DNA of 64,000 nucleotides from the human T2T-CHM13v2.0 reference genome, Homo sapiens. The notes below the pieces were generated by a model, which was given only the letters and a program-made list of their open reading frames with translations, ran no database searches and was not told where the DNA came from. Shown one piece after another: positions 1 to 16,083 of the stretch. Position 1 is the stretch's first letter; each line of letters begins with the position of its first letter. A program made the position numbers and the translations under genes. Where the stretch lies: NCBI RefSeq assembly GCF_009914755.1, contig NC_060925.1; one strand, written 5' to 3'.

Positions 1-479
1 AGGTGTTCTTAGCCTGTTCCTGATACATGAGCTCCGCAGGTGTGGCTACCTTGCTTGTCTGGGGACGCTGACATTTCACACAACACAGAGAGGATGGGGT
101 TGCTGCCTCTGCCTTTGGGCTGAGATTCAGCCCTTTTCAGTGGGGCTATTGGACCCCTACAGCGGGAGGGCCCCTTGTAGGAAGGCAGAAATTTAAAATC
201 GTTCCTTAATCTCCCTTTGGCCCCCTCCTGTTAGGGCCAGCCTCGCCTCCTGTACCTCCCTGGGGAGTGTTTTTAGCTCCCAGAACTTGGGATCCAGGTG
301 GGCTGGGGGGCTGGGGGAATGCAGACAAACGGAGAAGCATGTTCGCTGCCGGCAGAGGCTGCTGAGAGACCAGCCTGTTTGCATGGCTGGAGCGCTGGGG
401 GCTGGTGAGAAAGGAAGCTTCCTACTCTGCAGCACTCAGACCCCACTAGGAATGTGGCTTGGGGCCAGGATCCCTCTGG

Positions 480-1050
480 GCAAGAAAGGATGACTCAGCA
501 GAAACAGCGTCCTGGCCCCACAGGACAACTGGAGCCGCTGCCCTGGGGGCTGGTACCAAGTGGCAGAGCTGCTGAATTAATGACCCCTCCACCTCAGCTT
601 CATCTCCACCCTCCTACACCTCATCCCCCACTCCCACTCTCCCAGGCCTCCTTTAGAAGCCGTTCTCTGGGCTGGGGTTTTAAGACTCTCAGAGTGGCAA
701 GACCTGGCCCCCTCCAGAAACTTTCAGACGGAATTGGGAGGCGCCCCGAGGCTGGAATTGATAACTGGCGAGGGGAGGCAGCCAGCCTTCGAGGACCCCC
801 GGGCCTGCCAAGGGAGTCCAGCATGGAGTGAGGGGTGCATGGGGCAGTGGCGGGAGCTGGCCTGGGCGGGGGCCTGGGGAATTCCAGCCCAGGAGAGCCA
901 ACTGGAAGCACATGTGTTTAGATGGGCACGGAACCCATAAAGCTGCTTCTTCCAGCCCAGCTTCCCAAGGATTAAAGATCTCAGGAATCCTGGGAAATCT
1001 GTCTCCTTGTCACCAGAGGCCCCTCAGGACACAGGCTCCCGCCCCACTTG
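480..1050. promoter_or_regulatory. Candidate inducible enhancer (ARE/AP-1, NF-kB, GC boxes)
   Basis: ATGACTCAGCA at 490-500, GGGCGGG at 864-870, GGGGAATTCC at 876-885, CCGCCCC near 1039; G-rich tract ~832-880. Motif evidence only. Confidence 0.4.
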
Positions 1051-1539
1051 CACCTCAGGTCCTGAGCAGAAGTGGATGATGATGGTCGTGGTGAAAATGT
1101 GGATCTTGTGAGAGTCGGGGTGCAGCTGCTAGCGTTGTTTCCCACACATCCTGCTGACCGCTGTTACCTGTTTAATCCCAGGTGTTCCCCAGGGCAGCCT
1201 TATCAGGTGGATAGGTACCAGTATTACCCTCATTTTCTGCAGAGGAAACTGCCTTGCAGGAAGGTAAGTAGCTTGTCCAAGTTCACTCTGGTTGTGGCAG
1301 AATACATTTCCAAGGCTGGGATCTTAAATGCTCTGCTTGATCCTCTACCCCTTGGAGGAAGGAAAAAGGGTAGAGTTCCTGTGGCTCTGTCCCCTCCCCT
1401 GGGTGCCACGCAGTGACTGAGGGTCACCAGGGTCAGCCCATGGAAACGCTGACCCTTTCTAGGAGGAGTTGCAACATCCAGCAGTTTCCTGCGCAACTAT
1501 CATAGGGGGCTTGGGTCTGGTGAGCAGTGAAGATCCTGA

Positions 1540-1645
1540 GATTTGGGGCTAGAAGACATGAGCCTGTCTCCTGACTTACTAGCTGTGTGACTTTGACGCT
1601 TAGCTTTGTCTCCCTGGACCTTGGTTCCCTCACCTATAAAATGGG
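1540..1645 (+). mobile_element. MIR fragment
   Basis: Degenerate MIR core: acttactagctgtgtgactttg...cctcacctataaaatggg. Confidence 0.55.
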
Positions 1646-3429
1646 AGAGAAGAATACAAAAATTTTCTCTCCGTGACCTGCCCCAGGGAGATCAAATGTA
1701 GACCCTAAGTCCGCTGCAGCCAGGGGGCCTAAGCAGACGGAAAGCAGTGGTGGGTGGCGAGGGTTGAGAGGGGAGGAGATCAGGGACAGGGGGCAGGAAG
1801 GGAGTGTCGGGGGCTGGTATCACACTACTAGGCTCCCAGGTCTGGAGAGAGGCCAGCAGAGATCAGGATTTCCTTTCATAACAGATTATGGAACAGCTAC
1901 TTTGCACTAATCTATCTGCCTGATAGAGATCATCTGGGGATGACCCAGCAGCCTTTGGTGAAGACACAGAACAGAATGGCTGCATCTTCCCAGGAAAATC
2001 CCATGGGCAAAACGACTCTAGGTGCCAGATAACAGCCATTTTTTGGCAAGTGCCGGTTTGCTGACTTCCTTCTGTCCTGCTCTAACCTGGCTTCTGTTAG
2101 TTGACTGGTTCCTGTTGCCTCAGCAACAAAGCAATAATGGAGGTGGGTGTGAATGGCTATGTTAAATCACTTAATTATTGCAAACAGGCACTCTGCCAAA
2201 CGGGGGTGGTTACAGCTATGTTAGACTTAGTCACTGCCTGCAACTAAATGTAGCTGAGATGGTCGTAATATGCACCACCAACAAATACATCTTGGTTGAC
2301 TAAAGAACCTTTGGAATTATGAAGACATTAGACTACATCCATTACAGTTGTATCGCTGAGTCCATTTTATTATATTCAAAACCTTTGCAAACCAGTAATT
2401 TACATAGGATGTGTATGGCGAGGCTACCTCAGTTACCCAATCCTCAACTCTATAAGGTTTTATCAATAACAGCAGGTCCGTTCCGTTTAGGCTGTTATTA
2501 TGGCTCTCTCCTGGAACATCCTGTAGTGGTTGTTTTTTGGAAACATCATTTGGTTCATAATCTCTTAGCAACAGGACTTTGAGGGCTAACGGCCGACGTA
2601 TAAGCCCAGCAAGATGATTGTGACTCGTGGGTAGGCAAACCCACAGCAGCCAAGTCCAAGCACTCTCTGATTATGGGTTTAATTGTTTGAGGTCATTGAA
2701 CGTCATGGGCACCCACTGCGGGTCAAACTGGCTTTGTTATCTGCCAGTGAGCATTTGCCAAGGCAGCCACACACCCAGGGCCCAAGGAGAACTTCCAGAG
2801 TCACCGAGTGCCCCAGGCGTCACAGCTTGGTCTTTCGGCTGCAGACCCTGGAGTGCCTGATGGGGAAGAGGAAGAAAGGAAGGAGGATTTACCTCACTCT
2901 GTGTATGCCTGGCACTTCACCTCATTGTATCCTCACAGCCCCCTGTGCAGCAGTGTTAGGACTGTCTTGCCAGGCTGCAGATGAGGAGGCAGCCGCTCAG
3001 ACCGGGGAGTCACTGGCTGCGCTCACAGGTGCTCACAGGCTGGCAGAGGCAGGATTCTGATCCAGGTCCTCCCGAGCTCACAGCCTCTGCTCTTTCTGCT
3101 CTTTCCATGCAAACGCCCACGCCTATGGGGACAGCTGGGTCTTTCCTGGATGTTTGGTCTCCATAAGATTCTGTTCCAGAGTGGAGCATGTGAGGGTCAT
3201 TGCCACAGACCCATTCAACATGTCAGAGGCCACGCAAACAGTGTATACATCTGGCGCCACTGAGCCCAGCACTCACAGGCAGCCTGGGGCCTGCCTGCCT
3301 GCTCTCAGTTTGCAATTCCCTTTTTATTTGAGTTCTCTCTGGTCCCTCCCAGAGATTGAGACTGTAGTTTGCCATCTGTATTTAGTAGGAATTAAAAGTT
3401 TTAAACATAGCTACCACTTTTTACTATGA

Positions 3430-3870
<441 letters not shown>

Positions 3871-4287
3871 TGGAAACAGGTTCTTATTGTGATACCCACA
3901 GCCCATCCTCTGCCCTGCCCTGCTGCTCCATTACTCCTGAGCGGAGGTGGACACCCGGAGAAATATGCAGTTTTGTGCTTTGGGTCCCTGCACTCACAGG
4001 GGCCTCTTCCAAGGCCCCAGAAATCTATTCAGATGGTCACATATCTTTGTAAAATTTGCAAAGGTAAGATATTTTTATCTTCTTTTTATAAAGGAGCATC
4101 TCGCATCCCCTCATTGTATAAACCTCAGTTTCCACAGAACCTAGATCCAACCTGCTAGTGAGTATATACCTTGAACATTGTACCTAAGAATTTACTCTTC
4201 CTTCTAGCCACCACCACTTAATTTTTTCTCCTTGGCACTTTTCATGAATACACTATATACTTTATGTATTAACCTTATTTATTGTAG

Positions 4288-4586
4288 TTTTTTTTTTTTT
4301 TTTTTTTTTTTTTGAGACGGCGTCTCGCACTGTTACCTGGGTTGGAGTGCAGTGGCGCGATCTCGGCTCACTGCAACCTCTGCCTCCCAGGTTCTCATCC
4401 CTCAGCCTCCTGAGTAGCTGGGACTAAAAGCATGCACCACCACGCCTGGCTAATTTTTATATTTTTAGTAGAGACAGGGTTTTGCCATGTTGGCCAGGCT
4501 GATTTCGAACTCCTGACCTCAAGTGATCCATCCACCTTGGCCTCCCAAAGGGCTGGGATTACAGGCATGAGCCACTGCGCCCGGCC
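4288..4586 (-). mobile_element. Alu (AluS-like)
   Basis: Poly-T plus Alu body; TSD ~TTATTTATTGTAG. Confidence 0.95.
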
Positions 4587-4829
4587 AATCTTATTTATTG
4601 TAGATTGTAGGCTCTACTCAAGAAGTTTTTTTAGGTGAATGAATGCAGCCATCATCCTTATACTTAAAAGAGTCCTGTGTCATAGACAGAGCCATGATTA
4701 TTTTCACATTCTAGACAAAGACGTGGAAGATGACATGCTCAAAGGCACCTACTAGCAAAGCTAATCCCTTTTCTATGTTCTGAGCTCCCTTTGTATTTGG
4801 CCACATCTCGGTTTCCTCTGGCCATGACA

Positions 4830-5530
4830 TCATAATTTACTCATAGACTAGACATCAGCTCACTAGCGTTTCATCCTTGACTCTTCTCTTAACAAGTTTC
4901 TCTTTCCCTCCAAATTTTATCAGCCACCTCCCAAATATCTCTTGAATTTTAGCACTTCTATCTCCATAGCCCCAACCCAGAGAAAGTGTCCAGTAGCCTC
5001 CTGACCCCAGCTTCTTCCCCTCACAGCCTCCCAAGGCTTATCTGATCGGACAATCTCCTGTTGGCATGGACCCATGGATCCTCATTTCTTAGAGACTGTA
5101 TTTGAAGTCCTCAGCCCAGCCCACAAGGTCCACACTGAGTTTTGTTTTGTTTCAGTTTCTCAAATTCAGTATCTCCTTTCTGACTCAGAGCCTTTGTACA
5201 TGCTGTGTCCCTTTCTGATGCCAGAACATTCTTGCCCTATCCTTTCCTCCGATCCTACTTAGTTTTTACTCACCCTTCTGGTCTCCAAGCTAGCATTACT
5301 TCCTCAGGGTTACCTTCCGTGTTCTCCCAGCTTGGGTCAGAGCCTCCATGAATGATTTTTACAGCTCCTTATATATCTCTGCTTAGAACTGATTACAACT
5401 GTTATTAAACAACCGAACTGTTTGATCTGTTGTAGCAACCTCTCCCCTCCACCTTCGTCCTCAGCCAGGCATAAGCTCACAGAGGGTAGAGACTGCGTCT
5501 GCCTTGGTCCCTGCTATATCTTTGTTGTGT
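4830..5530. mobile_element. L2 LINE 3' region, degenerate
   Basis: Pyrimidine-rich L2-like text ending ...gagggtagagactgcgtctgccttggtccctgctatatc. Confidence 0.5.
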
Positions 5531-5564
5531 TTTTTTGGCCTAAGGAATAAAGATGTTTATATGT

Positions 5565-5871
<307 letters not shown>

Positions 5872-6023
5872 TCAGCAAGCAGCAGCACTCCATGTGGTTA
5901 TTTAGCAATGCAGGTCCTTCCATGCAGTGGCTTGTCATCCCTAGGACTTGAGGCTGGGTCAGTGCCACATCTGGGTTGAAGCCAGCAGGAAGGGGAATTG
6001 GTTTTCTGGGTCTTGGCTTCCTT

Positions 6024-6552
6024 CCGGTGGTCTATTACAGAAGAACAAACCACCCCAAATTTAGTGCTGTAAAACACCAACCATTTCATTATCTTCACAG
6101 ATTCTGTGAGTCTGTGAGGGATTCCGGGGGAATTTGGACAGAACACAGAGAGGGTGGCTTGTCTCTGCCCTGCAATGTCTGGGCCTCAGCTGGGAAGACT
6201 CAAATGGTTGGGGGCTGAACCGTCTGGAGGCATTTTTGCTTACCTGGCACGTGGCTGGAAGACTGGGCTAGGCTGAGCCAGTACCAGAGCACCAACATGT
6301 GGCCTCTCCAACATGGTGGCCTCAAAGGAGTTGGGTTTCTTTTATAGTGGCTCAGGGCTCAAGAGTGTGTGTTCCCAGAGAACAAGGTGAAGCTACATAA
6401 CCTTCTATATCCTAAGCCTCAGAAGTCACATTTCTTCCCATGGTACTCTATGATAGAAGACTGCCCAGGTTCAAGTGGAGGTGTTGTAGACCCCCCACCT
6501 CTTGATGGGAAGAGAGTGGAAGAATTTGTGGCCATATTTATAAACCACTACA
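6024..6552. mobile_element. MaLR LTR (MLT1 family)
   Basis: aacaaaccaccccaaatttagtg... to ...ccacctcttgatgggaag...ttgtggccatattt...accactaca, typical of MLT1 ends. Confidence 0.65.
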
Positions 6553-6677
6553 GCCCAGAGGGGCACGTGCCAGTTTTACTCACATTCCGCCTGTGAGAGT
6601 GTAGTTATATGGTGTCATCTAAATGCAATAGGGCCGGAAAATGCTGTCCCCCTACTTAGACAGCTTCAACTGCATTA

Positions 6678-7010
<333 letters not shown>

Positions 7011-7116
7011 AGGAGAATGGATTTTCATAGACTGTTAGCAATCTGCTAGAGTCACTCCTCTGGCCACCAAACATCTATGTGTCTCACTCCCCACATATGC
7101 AATACACTTCTCCTAG

Positions 7117-7647
<531 letters not shown>

Positions 7648-8109
7648 TAGCCTCTGGCCTATTAAGAATGGAGAGAGATCTGCATTTCCCTTTGTCTTGG
7701 CACTTAATTCAATCATTTACAGAGTGGGAAACATGAATAAATGTTCATTGAAAAGAACATCTATCTCATGCTGCATCCCAAATTAATTCCAGATGGATCA
7801 AAGAGTTACATGTGAAAAATAAACACAGGAAAGGCTAGAGGAAAGGCATAGGAGCAGACAGTTCACAGAAGATAAAAAAAAAAAAAAAAGGCCAGTGGTG
7901 TGAAAAGACATGTTCTTGAAGATGTGGGGAGGCAGGAACTCTCAGACATTGTCAGTAGGTGTTTAAGTTGATCATTTTTAGATTTGGCAATAGCTTTTGA
8001 GGTGTCAAATGTTCCGTACCTTTTTATCCAGGAATTCCTCTTCTAGGTATTTATTCTACAGATACACAGTATTCCCACAAGTGAGCAAAAACTCTGTCAA
8101 AAATGTTCA

Positions 8110-8493
<384 letters not shown>

Positions 8494-9049
8494 TCAAGTA
8501 GAATTCCATGCAGCTGTTCAAAAGAATAAGATAGATTCAGTAGCATTCACATGGAGAAATGTCCAAGGAGCACTGATAATAGGAAACAAAAGGCAAGCTG
8601 GAGAGCAGTATGGATAACATAATTCCATTTGTGTTAAGAAAGAAAACAAGTCAATATAATTCCTAAATATAAAACAACAATACCTGGAAAGATTTATAGG
8701 AAGCTTTGACAGTGGTTTCTTCAGAGGGAGTGAGTTTCATGCTGGGGGTAACAGGAGAATTTTATCTTTGTGCTTTATACCTTTCTTTACTGTACAATGG
8801 GTTATTTTACAATGTACATGTAATCAGTTTTATAGAAGAATCAAATTTAGAATAGTAATTATCTCAAGGGAAGGAGAGAAGAGAATGGGACAGAGGTTAT
8901 AGGGCCCTTTAACTGTATTTCCAATATTATGTTTCAAAAAGAAATTGAAATGGTGAAAATGGTCAATTTTATGTCAGCATATTTTACTACAATAAAATAA
9001 AGAAGAAATTGAAGCAAATGTGGCAATATGTTAAGAACTGCTAAAGCTG

Positions 9050-9358
<309 letters not shown>

Positions 9359-9548
9359 TCATTCTATAATTCCCTATGCTTTTCCAAATATTTGTTGCAC
9401 TTCACAACTTAGAAAAAGAGTTTAAAAATTCATTCAACATAACAAGATCAAGTAAATTAAAAAGAAACCAGAAAAAAAATGAAGCAAAAGGAAAATAAGA
9501 GCAGTAAAACAAAAAACTTTATAACCCATACTAAATGCATTAGATAAC

Positions 9549-9551
9549 CTT

Positions 9552-9594
<43 letters not shown>

Positions 9595-9846
9595 TTTCTC
9601 ATTCTGTCACCTGGGCTGGAGTGCAGTGGTGCCTCCACCTCCCAGGTTCAAGCGATTCTCCTGCCTCAGCCTCCCAAGTAGCTGGGATTACAGGTGTGTG
9701 CCACCACACCTGGCTAATTTTTGTATTTTTAGTAGACATGGGGTTTCACCATGTTGGCCAGGCTGGCCTCGAACTCCTGAGCTCAAATTATCCACCTAAG
9801 CTTCCCAAAGTGCTGGGATTACAGGTGTGAGCCACCATGCCAGGCC
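9549..9846 (-). mobile_element. Alu with (TTTA)n tail
   Basis: Alu consensus on minus strand; tetranucleotide tail 9550-9596. Confidence 0.93.
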
Positions 9847-12800
9847 AAATAACTTTCTTACAAGCAGCTGGAGAAATTTAATCATTGTCTCGTAGGAGGT
9901 ATAGGAACTTCATGTTTCTCATTTTAAGCTCTAGGAAGCACTTTAGTCCTGGAGCTTACAGTCAATCTGTAAGAAACAGACAGATTGTTGCTTAGAAAAG
10001 CTCAATTTACCAATCCAGCATGGAGGCTGGATTTCAGTGCAAACCCGAGGTGGGTGAACAGTTCAGAGCCTGTTTCTCTGGGTGCAGATGAGAGCCACAG
10101 AGAGTTCTGGCAGCCCAGGGGGGAGGGGGGCTGGACGGATTTATTACAGAGGGCCTCCCTGGGCAGAGGATTGGAACAAGGAAAAGGATGAGGAGCTGAC
10201 CACCAGGGAAGCAGGTGCTCCCCGTGGGCCTCTGACTGAGCCCTGATCCTGTATGCTTGGCCCTCCTTTCATAGCATGGGGCATTTTGGGTGAGTGAAGA
10301 TGCCTCCCGATGGTTTGGCTCCCAAACATTTGAGTCTTCTCACACGCCATGGTCTTCACCTCTCTGACCCTTCCCCTGCCCTTGCCCTGGAGAGCTGGAA
10401 AAGCAGTAAATCAGTGGAAGGGGCTGCCCCAACCCCAAGGCATTCGCACCCTTCCCTGGCCCATTTCCCGGCACAGGTCACAGGCAGGGTCTTAATCTGC
10501 TGCACCTGCAGTTCTTTGATCCATTTTGGTTTCTTTTCTTTTGAAAAACGTTGACCGCAGTGCAATCTTGACTCTGTTGCTTTGAAAACCCTCTTCCTGT
10601 GAACTTGCGATGCCAGTGATAAAGAAAAGGGCAGAGGGCTGCGGGTCTTACCAGGGGCCTTTGTTATGGGCGCTGAAGGGGAATAAATATCACAGGTGGG
10701 CAGAAGGTGGGGCTGGGCCTGGAGACGTTCTGAGGGCTTGGGTTGTTCGGGCCCTAGGCTGGGGACATCCAGGGCCAGGCGGCTACTTGCTGATAATCAG
10801 GCTTCCCAGCTGCCCTGGAGCCCAGTGGGGCCGTGAGCTTCCTCCCACCTAGATGCTACTGTCTAGGGTGCATAGGAGGATCCCCACACTGGGGGAAGTG
10901 AACTCAGCACTGCCCAGTTTCCTACCAGCTGGGCCCACGATTCTAGGCAGAGCTGGGCCTCCTGGTCTAGCTGCCTGCCCCTCTGCCACCCTGAGGGCCG
11001 ACGCTGCGCTGCCTACAGGCCTGCTGCTGCTGCTCTCCAGCCTCCCACAGCTGCAGGATTGGGGTGTGAGTGAGTGTGTGGAGAAAGGGTTTCTGGGTTC
11101 CATTCCTGGCAAGGACTCTAAGACCTCCTGAGCCAACCTCTTGTCAGTGATTGTTCTGCTGCCCAGGGCTTCTGGGGCTGGTGACTGACTTCTCAGTGGC
11201 CCCGATTTTGTGTTCTTGTTGCTGACTCTTGGAAACCAAATGCTGGCAACCAGCCTGTGCCTGCCAGACTCCAGGCTGGGACCGTTAGATACATGATTGC
11301 TTTTCAAATTTGGAACAAGCAAAACATAAGCATGCTCATCAACACTCTTGTACAGAGAAGGAAAATGAGTCAGGATTGGGTGCCTTTTTCCAGTCTGCCT
11401 GCCAACTTTCTCCACCTTGCTCTGCCCCCTAGGACTGTGGGAACTACGTCTATGGGTGCCCTTACCCTCTGCCTTGGTCACTGGGGAGCGCCGATAGCTT
11501 ATGGGAGGCAGAGAGGAGAGTGAGGTCAGGGCACTTAACCTCCTGTGGGGCAGCCACAGCCTGGCTGCATCCCTCCATGAGGCCACAGCTGCTGCCAGGC
11601 AGCCCTATCTACTCAGCTCCAGAGCTCTGCAGGTCCGGTGACCTCCCCTGGGGCCATCAGGTCCAGCAGCAGGAAAGCCTGATGCTCTTGGTCCAGGTTC
11701 CTGCAATCCTTTTCCAAGACCTTTGACAATAGTCTCCTTATTGAATACTTCTCAAATCCCCCAGTTTGAGTATGTTGACGGCTTCCTCCTGGGACCCTGC
11801 ATTATCCATACCATCCAGCCAGTTGATCAGCAAGGACTCCTGGGTCTGCCAAGTCACTACAGACTGCAGCTGGGCTGTAGGAGGGGGTGCCCCTTTCTAA
11901 TTCCTGCTCTTTTTTCTGGCTCTGCTCATACCCTCATCCATGTACCCCCTATTTCCCTGCTTTGCCTCCCACCCCAACCTACAGTGCTTCCCCTGCCAGA
12001 TGTCTGGGGATGTTTAGAAGAGGAGAGTCACAGCCAAACAACTGCTTCTCCACCCCAGCCACCCTGATGCATCCGGGAAGTGGTGCTCACTGGGATCTGA
12101 GTTCTTAGGCGTCATAGGGCAGTCATGGAGGCCCTGGGTCCTTGAGACAGGTGTCCTGGAAGCCAGTGCACGGAAGCAGGGTGATTTCACATTGCTGGAA
12201 GAGTCCTCTTCTCTGGGGACCCTTCGCCAGTAAAACCCACCCTCTCACCTACTCACTCACTTGCAATTCAGAGAGGCTGGCTCACCACCAGGCCCACCCC
12301 AAGGGATCTGTGTATCACTTCCTGTGGGAGGCTCTCCCTGGCACCCGGCGGAGGCTGGCTGCCCATCGCATGCTCCCAGCACATCCCGTCTCTCCTCATG
12401 CTGTAAACCTTATCACACTGACATGGCTTGTCTGTTGTCCACGTCCACCACTGTACCCGCCACAACCTGGAATCCCTTGCACCTGGCACAGTGCTGGGCA
12501 CACAGAGAGGGCTCAACAAATGTTTGTTAAATTAAAATGGAAAAAAAGGTATTTCAATCAATACTATGCAGGTTGCTCTTCCTGTATCTAGGTGGCCACT
12601 GAGAGAACAATGACCAGCTCTGCAGCTGGGGTCCTAAAGAGAAAACCAGCCTGCTGAGTCTGGAGACTGGGCTCTGTCCCTGCTGTGCCTCATGCTAAGT
12701 GTGTGCCTGTGGTCAAAGTCTCTGAGCTTTAGGTTTCTCATCTGTAAGATGGAGATAGTACTTACCTTAGTTTTCTATTGCTTCATAATAAATTATCACA

Positions 12801-13119
12801 AACTTATGGGCTTATAACAGCGCACATTTTTTAGGCTTAGCTGGGTCCTCTCCAGGGCTGCAGTGAAGGTGTCAGCCAGGGCTGGGTTCTTCATCTGGAC
12901 GCTCAACTGGGGATGGATCCACTTCCAGGCTTATGAAGGTTGTTAGCAGAATTCATCTCCTTGTGGTTGTAGAACTAAAATCTTTGTGGTAACTGTTGGT
13001 CGGGGGCTGCTCTCAGGTCCTAGAGGCTGCCTGTAATTCCTTACCACAAAGCCTCTCTGTATGCCCCTTCAGATCATGGCACACACTTCTTCAAATTCAG
13101 CAAGGAAGAAAATGTCTAG

Positions 13120-13453
<334 letters not shown>

Positions 13454-13464
13454 AAGCCCCCGTC

Positions 13465-13504
13465 TTTTATGGAATGCTTCATGAATTTGCATGTCATCCT
13501 TGCG
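13465..13504 (-). pseudogene. U6 snRNA 3'-end retro-fragment
   Basis: Reverse complement CGCAAGGATGACATGCAAATTCATGAAGCATTCCAT matches U6 3' CGCAAGGATGACACGCAAATTCGTGAAGCGTTCCAT with three CpG-type transitions; flanked by AGCCC-CGT-TTTT duplications. Confidence 0.85.
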
Positions 13505-14182
13505 AGCCCACGTTTTTTATAATATAACATAATCATAGAAATGACGTCCCATTCCCTTTGCTATATTTCCTTGTTTAGGAGCTACTCACAGGTCCTGCCC
13601 TATTTGAGGGCTGGGGGTCACAGAAAGGCATGGACATGGAGTCACTCCAGAGCTCTAGGAGCTAGAGTCTGAATCCTACAATGCTAATCTCTATCTCCTA
13701 GATTTCTGGAGAGAATTAAGTGAAAGAATGCCTGGCACTTAGTAAGAACTCAGGAAATGTCACAGAAGGCAGCAGAAGCAGCTGTCTTTACTTTGGCCCA
13801 CTTTGAAATGTTGGCTCACAGCTTGTCCTCAGTCTGCACCTGCCCTGTTGCTTCCACCACGCTGCTGTGGTCACTTTTATCACGTGGCTGGATCTTGAAG
13901 GCAGTTGAATTTGCTAAGTGGTATTAGCTGGAACGATCAACAGGTGTTATTATCATTTTAATTAAAAGTTCTTGGAAGATAAGAACCCATCTTACCAATG
14001 TTTTCAGCCTCTGGTGCTTAGCTTGTTGAGCTTAGGATGTTGGCTTTAGCTTGGCTGCTCTGTAAGTGTTGAGCCATTGTACCCCCTAGAATGATGTAAT
14101 TGAGTTCAGAGCTACAGCCTCAGGGTACAAGTGATGGTTGGTGGGGAGAAGGGAGCAGGCATGGGTTGGATGGGCAAGTTAG

Positions 14183-14610
<428 letters not shown>

Positions 14611-15961
14611 GCCCTGTCCCTTCTAATGTGGGAATAGAAGCCTGATTCTTTCACAGACATAGAGCTTCTGGGCCGGGAAGGGCCTTAGGCTTGGGGTGAA
14701 CAACTGTCTTTAGGATGCAGGTGAGTTGTGTCTATTGAGCACCTACTTGTGCCACTGGGCTCTGCACTTTACATACTTCATTTCCACCATTTTTCAGTCT
14801 TCAAGGTGGATAAACCAAAGCCCAGAGAGGGAAAGCGGTTTTCTCTGGTCACATAGCTGCTAGGCGGCAAAGTTAGGACCAGAGTTTCGGTGACCTGAGC
14901 CACTGATCCAGGATTGCCTCTCTGTGACACTCCCTCCCACCCAAGTCTGTGGGCCCCCTGGTGTCAGTAGTGGAGCGTGTCTGCCTTGGCCCTAGTCCGG
15001 TTCTTCATACAGGCTGCTCTGACTCCCACCCACAGTGTCTTCCTTCCCGCCACCCTTCCTTCCAGAACTTGGCTCCAGCCTCCTACCAACTCTGTCCCAC
15101 ATCCCTCACCCCCAGCCTGGCCCAGAACCAGCTGGGGCAGATGGTCCAGACCCTGAGTGTATTCTTTCCCGGCAGGGACAGAAGCAGTTTGAGGCTTACA
15201 CATCTGGGCAGCTGTTGCCCAACTTTGATCTGCAGGAAATAAGCCAGAGGGATCCTTCCTGTCACTTCTGGGCTGGACCCTGGCCCTGAGAGTTGGAGTC
15301 TCCTCAGAGAGGCAGAGGCCTTCCTCAGCTGTGGGAGGGGGTGGTGGCAGCAAGAAGCTAGGGTACTGCGTGGGTGGGGTCACCTGGCCTGGGACTGGGG
15401 GCAGCCAGACTGGAAGTTCACCCTCTCTCCTCAGGTAGAAAAGTGGACAGAAGCCCAGAGGCAGTAGCCCAGGGCCAGGCCTGTAAGAGCCTGTAAACAT
15501 CTGAAACTGTCAGTTTCTTCCAGGGATGTTTTTGTTATCACATCTGATTTCCCTCAAGGAGTCAGTGGTAAAGCCCTTACAAAGCATGTCTTCAGGGTTG
15601 GAAAAGAAGCAGAGCTGGGTTCCTGTGTTCCTTTTGCACCCAGATGAGGTTTGGGGAGGGTGGAAGCAGGTGGCCAGGGCTGGGAGATGCTGGCTGTGCT
15701 CCTGCAGGGTGGAAGGCAGCCTGGGTCTGGGTCAGGGTGGAGCTGAGACTTTGTTAGCCTGGGAGTCAGCTGTTGCGAGGGCTCAGACGGGCTGGCATTC
15801 CCCCGAAGCCCAGCCTGGCTTCCAAGAAAACACTCTAAACATGGTCGGTAACGGCGGGGAAGAGCACCGTGCAGCCTGGCGCCACCTCCTTTCATAAATG
15901 GGAGCAGGTCCGGGCTCCTCAGGGGCAGAACCTAGCAAAGGAGGATGCGCACAGCAGGCAC

Positions 15962-16083
15962 GCACACACCTGTCACCCACCACAGGACATAGGTTGCAGA
16001 CCCCTGACCTTCTTGGGCCTGTGCCTGTGCCAAGAAGATTGGGGTCTGCAGCCTATGTTCTGTGGGGGATGACATGTGTGTGC
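15962..16083. repeat. Imperfect inverted repeat (~54-bp arms, 13-nt loop)
   Basis: Left arm GCACACACCTGTCACCCACCACAGGACATAGGTTGCAGACCCCTGACCTTCTTGG vs reverse complement of right arm GCACACACATGTCATCCCCCACAGAACATAGGCTGCAGACCCCAATCTTCTTGG. Confidence 0.9.

Noticed and set aside
10849-11586. 245-aa minus-strand ORF and other 100-220 aa ORFs in GC-rich DNA (e.g. 14964-15500, 26743-27384, 27219-27890)
   Set aside because: No recognisable domain, low-complexity P/S/G/L-rich translations, overlapping ORFs in several frames and no exon structure; expected by chance in GC-rich sequence
15870-15895. CTCF site (reverse AGGAGGTGGCGC)
   Set aside because: Partial match only; cannot be supported without a PWM score or ChIP data
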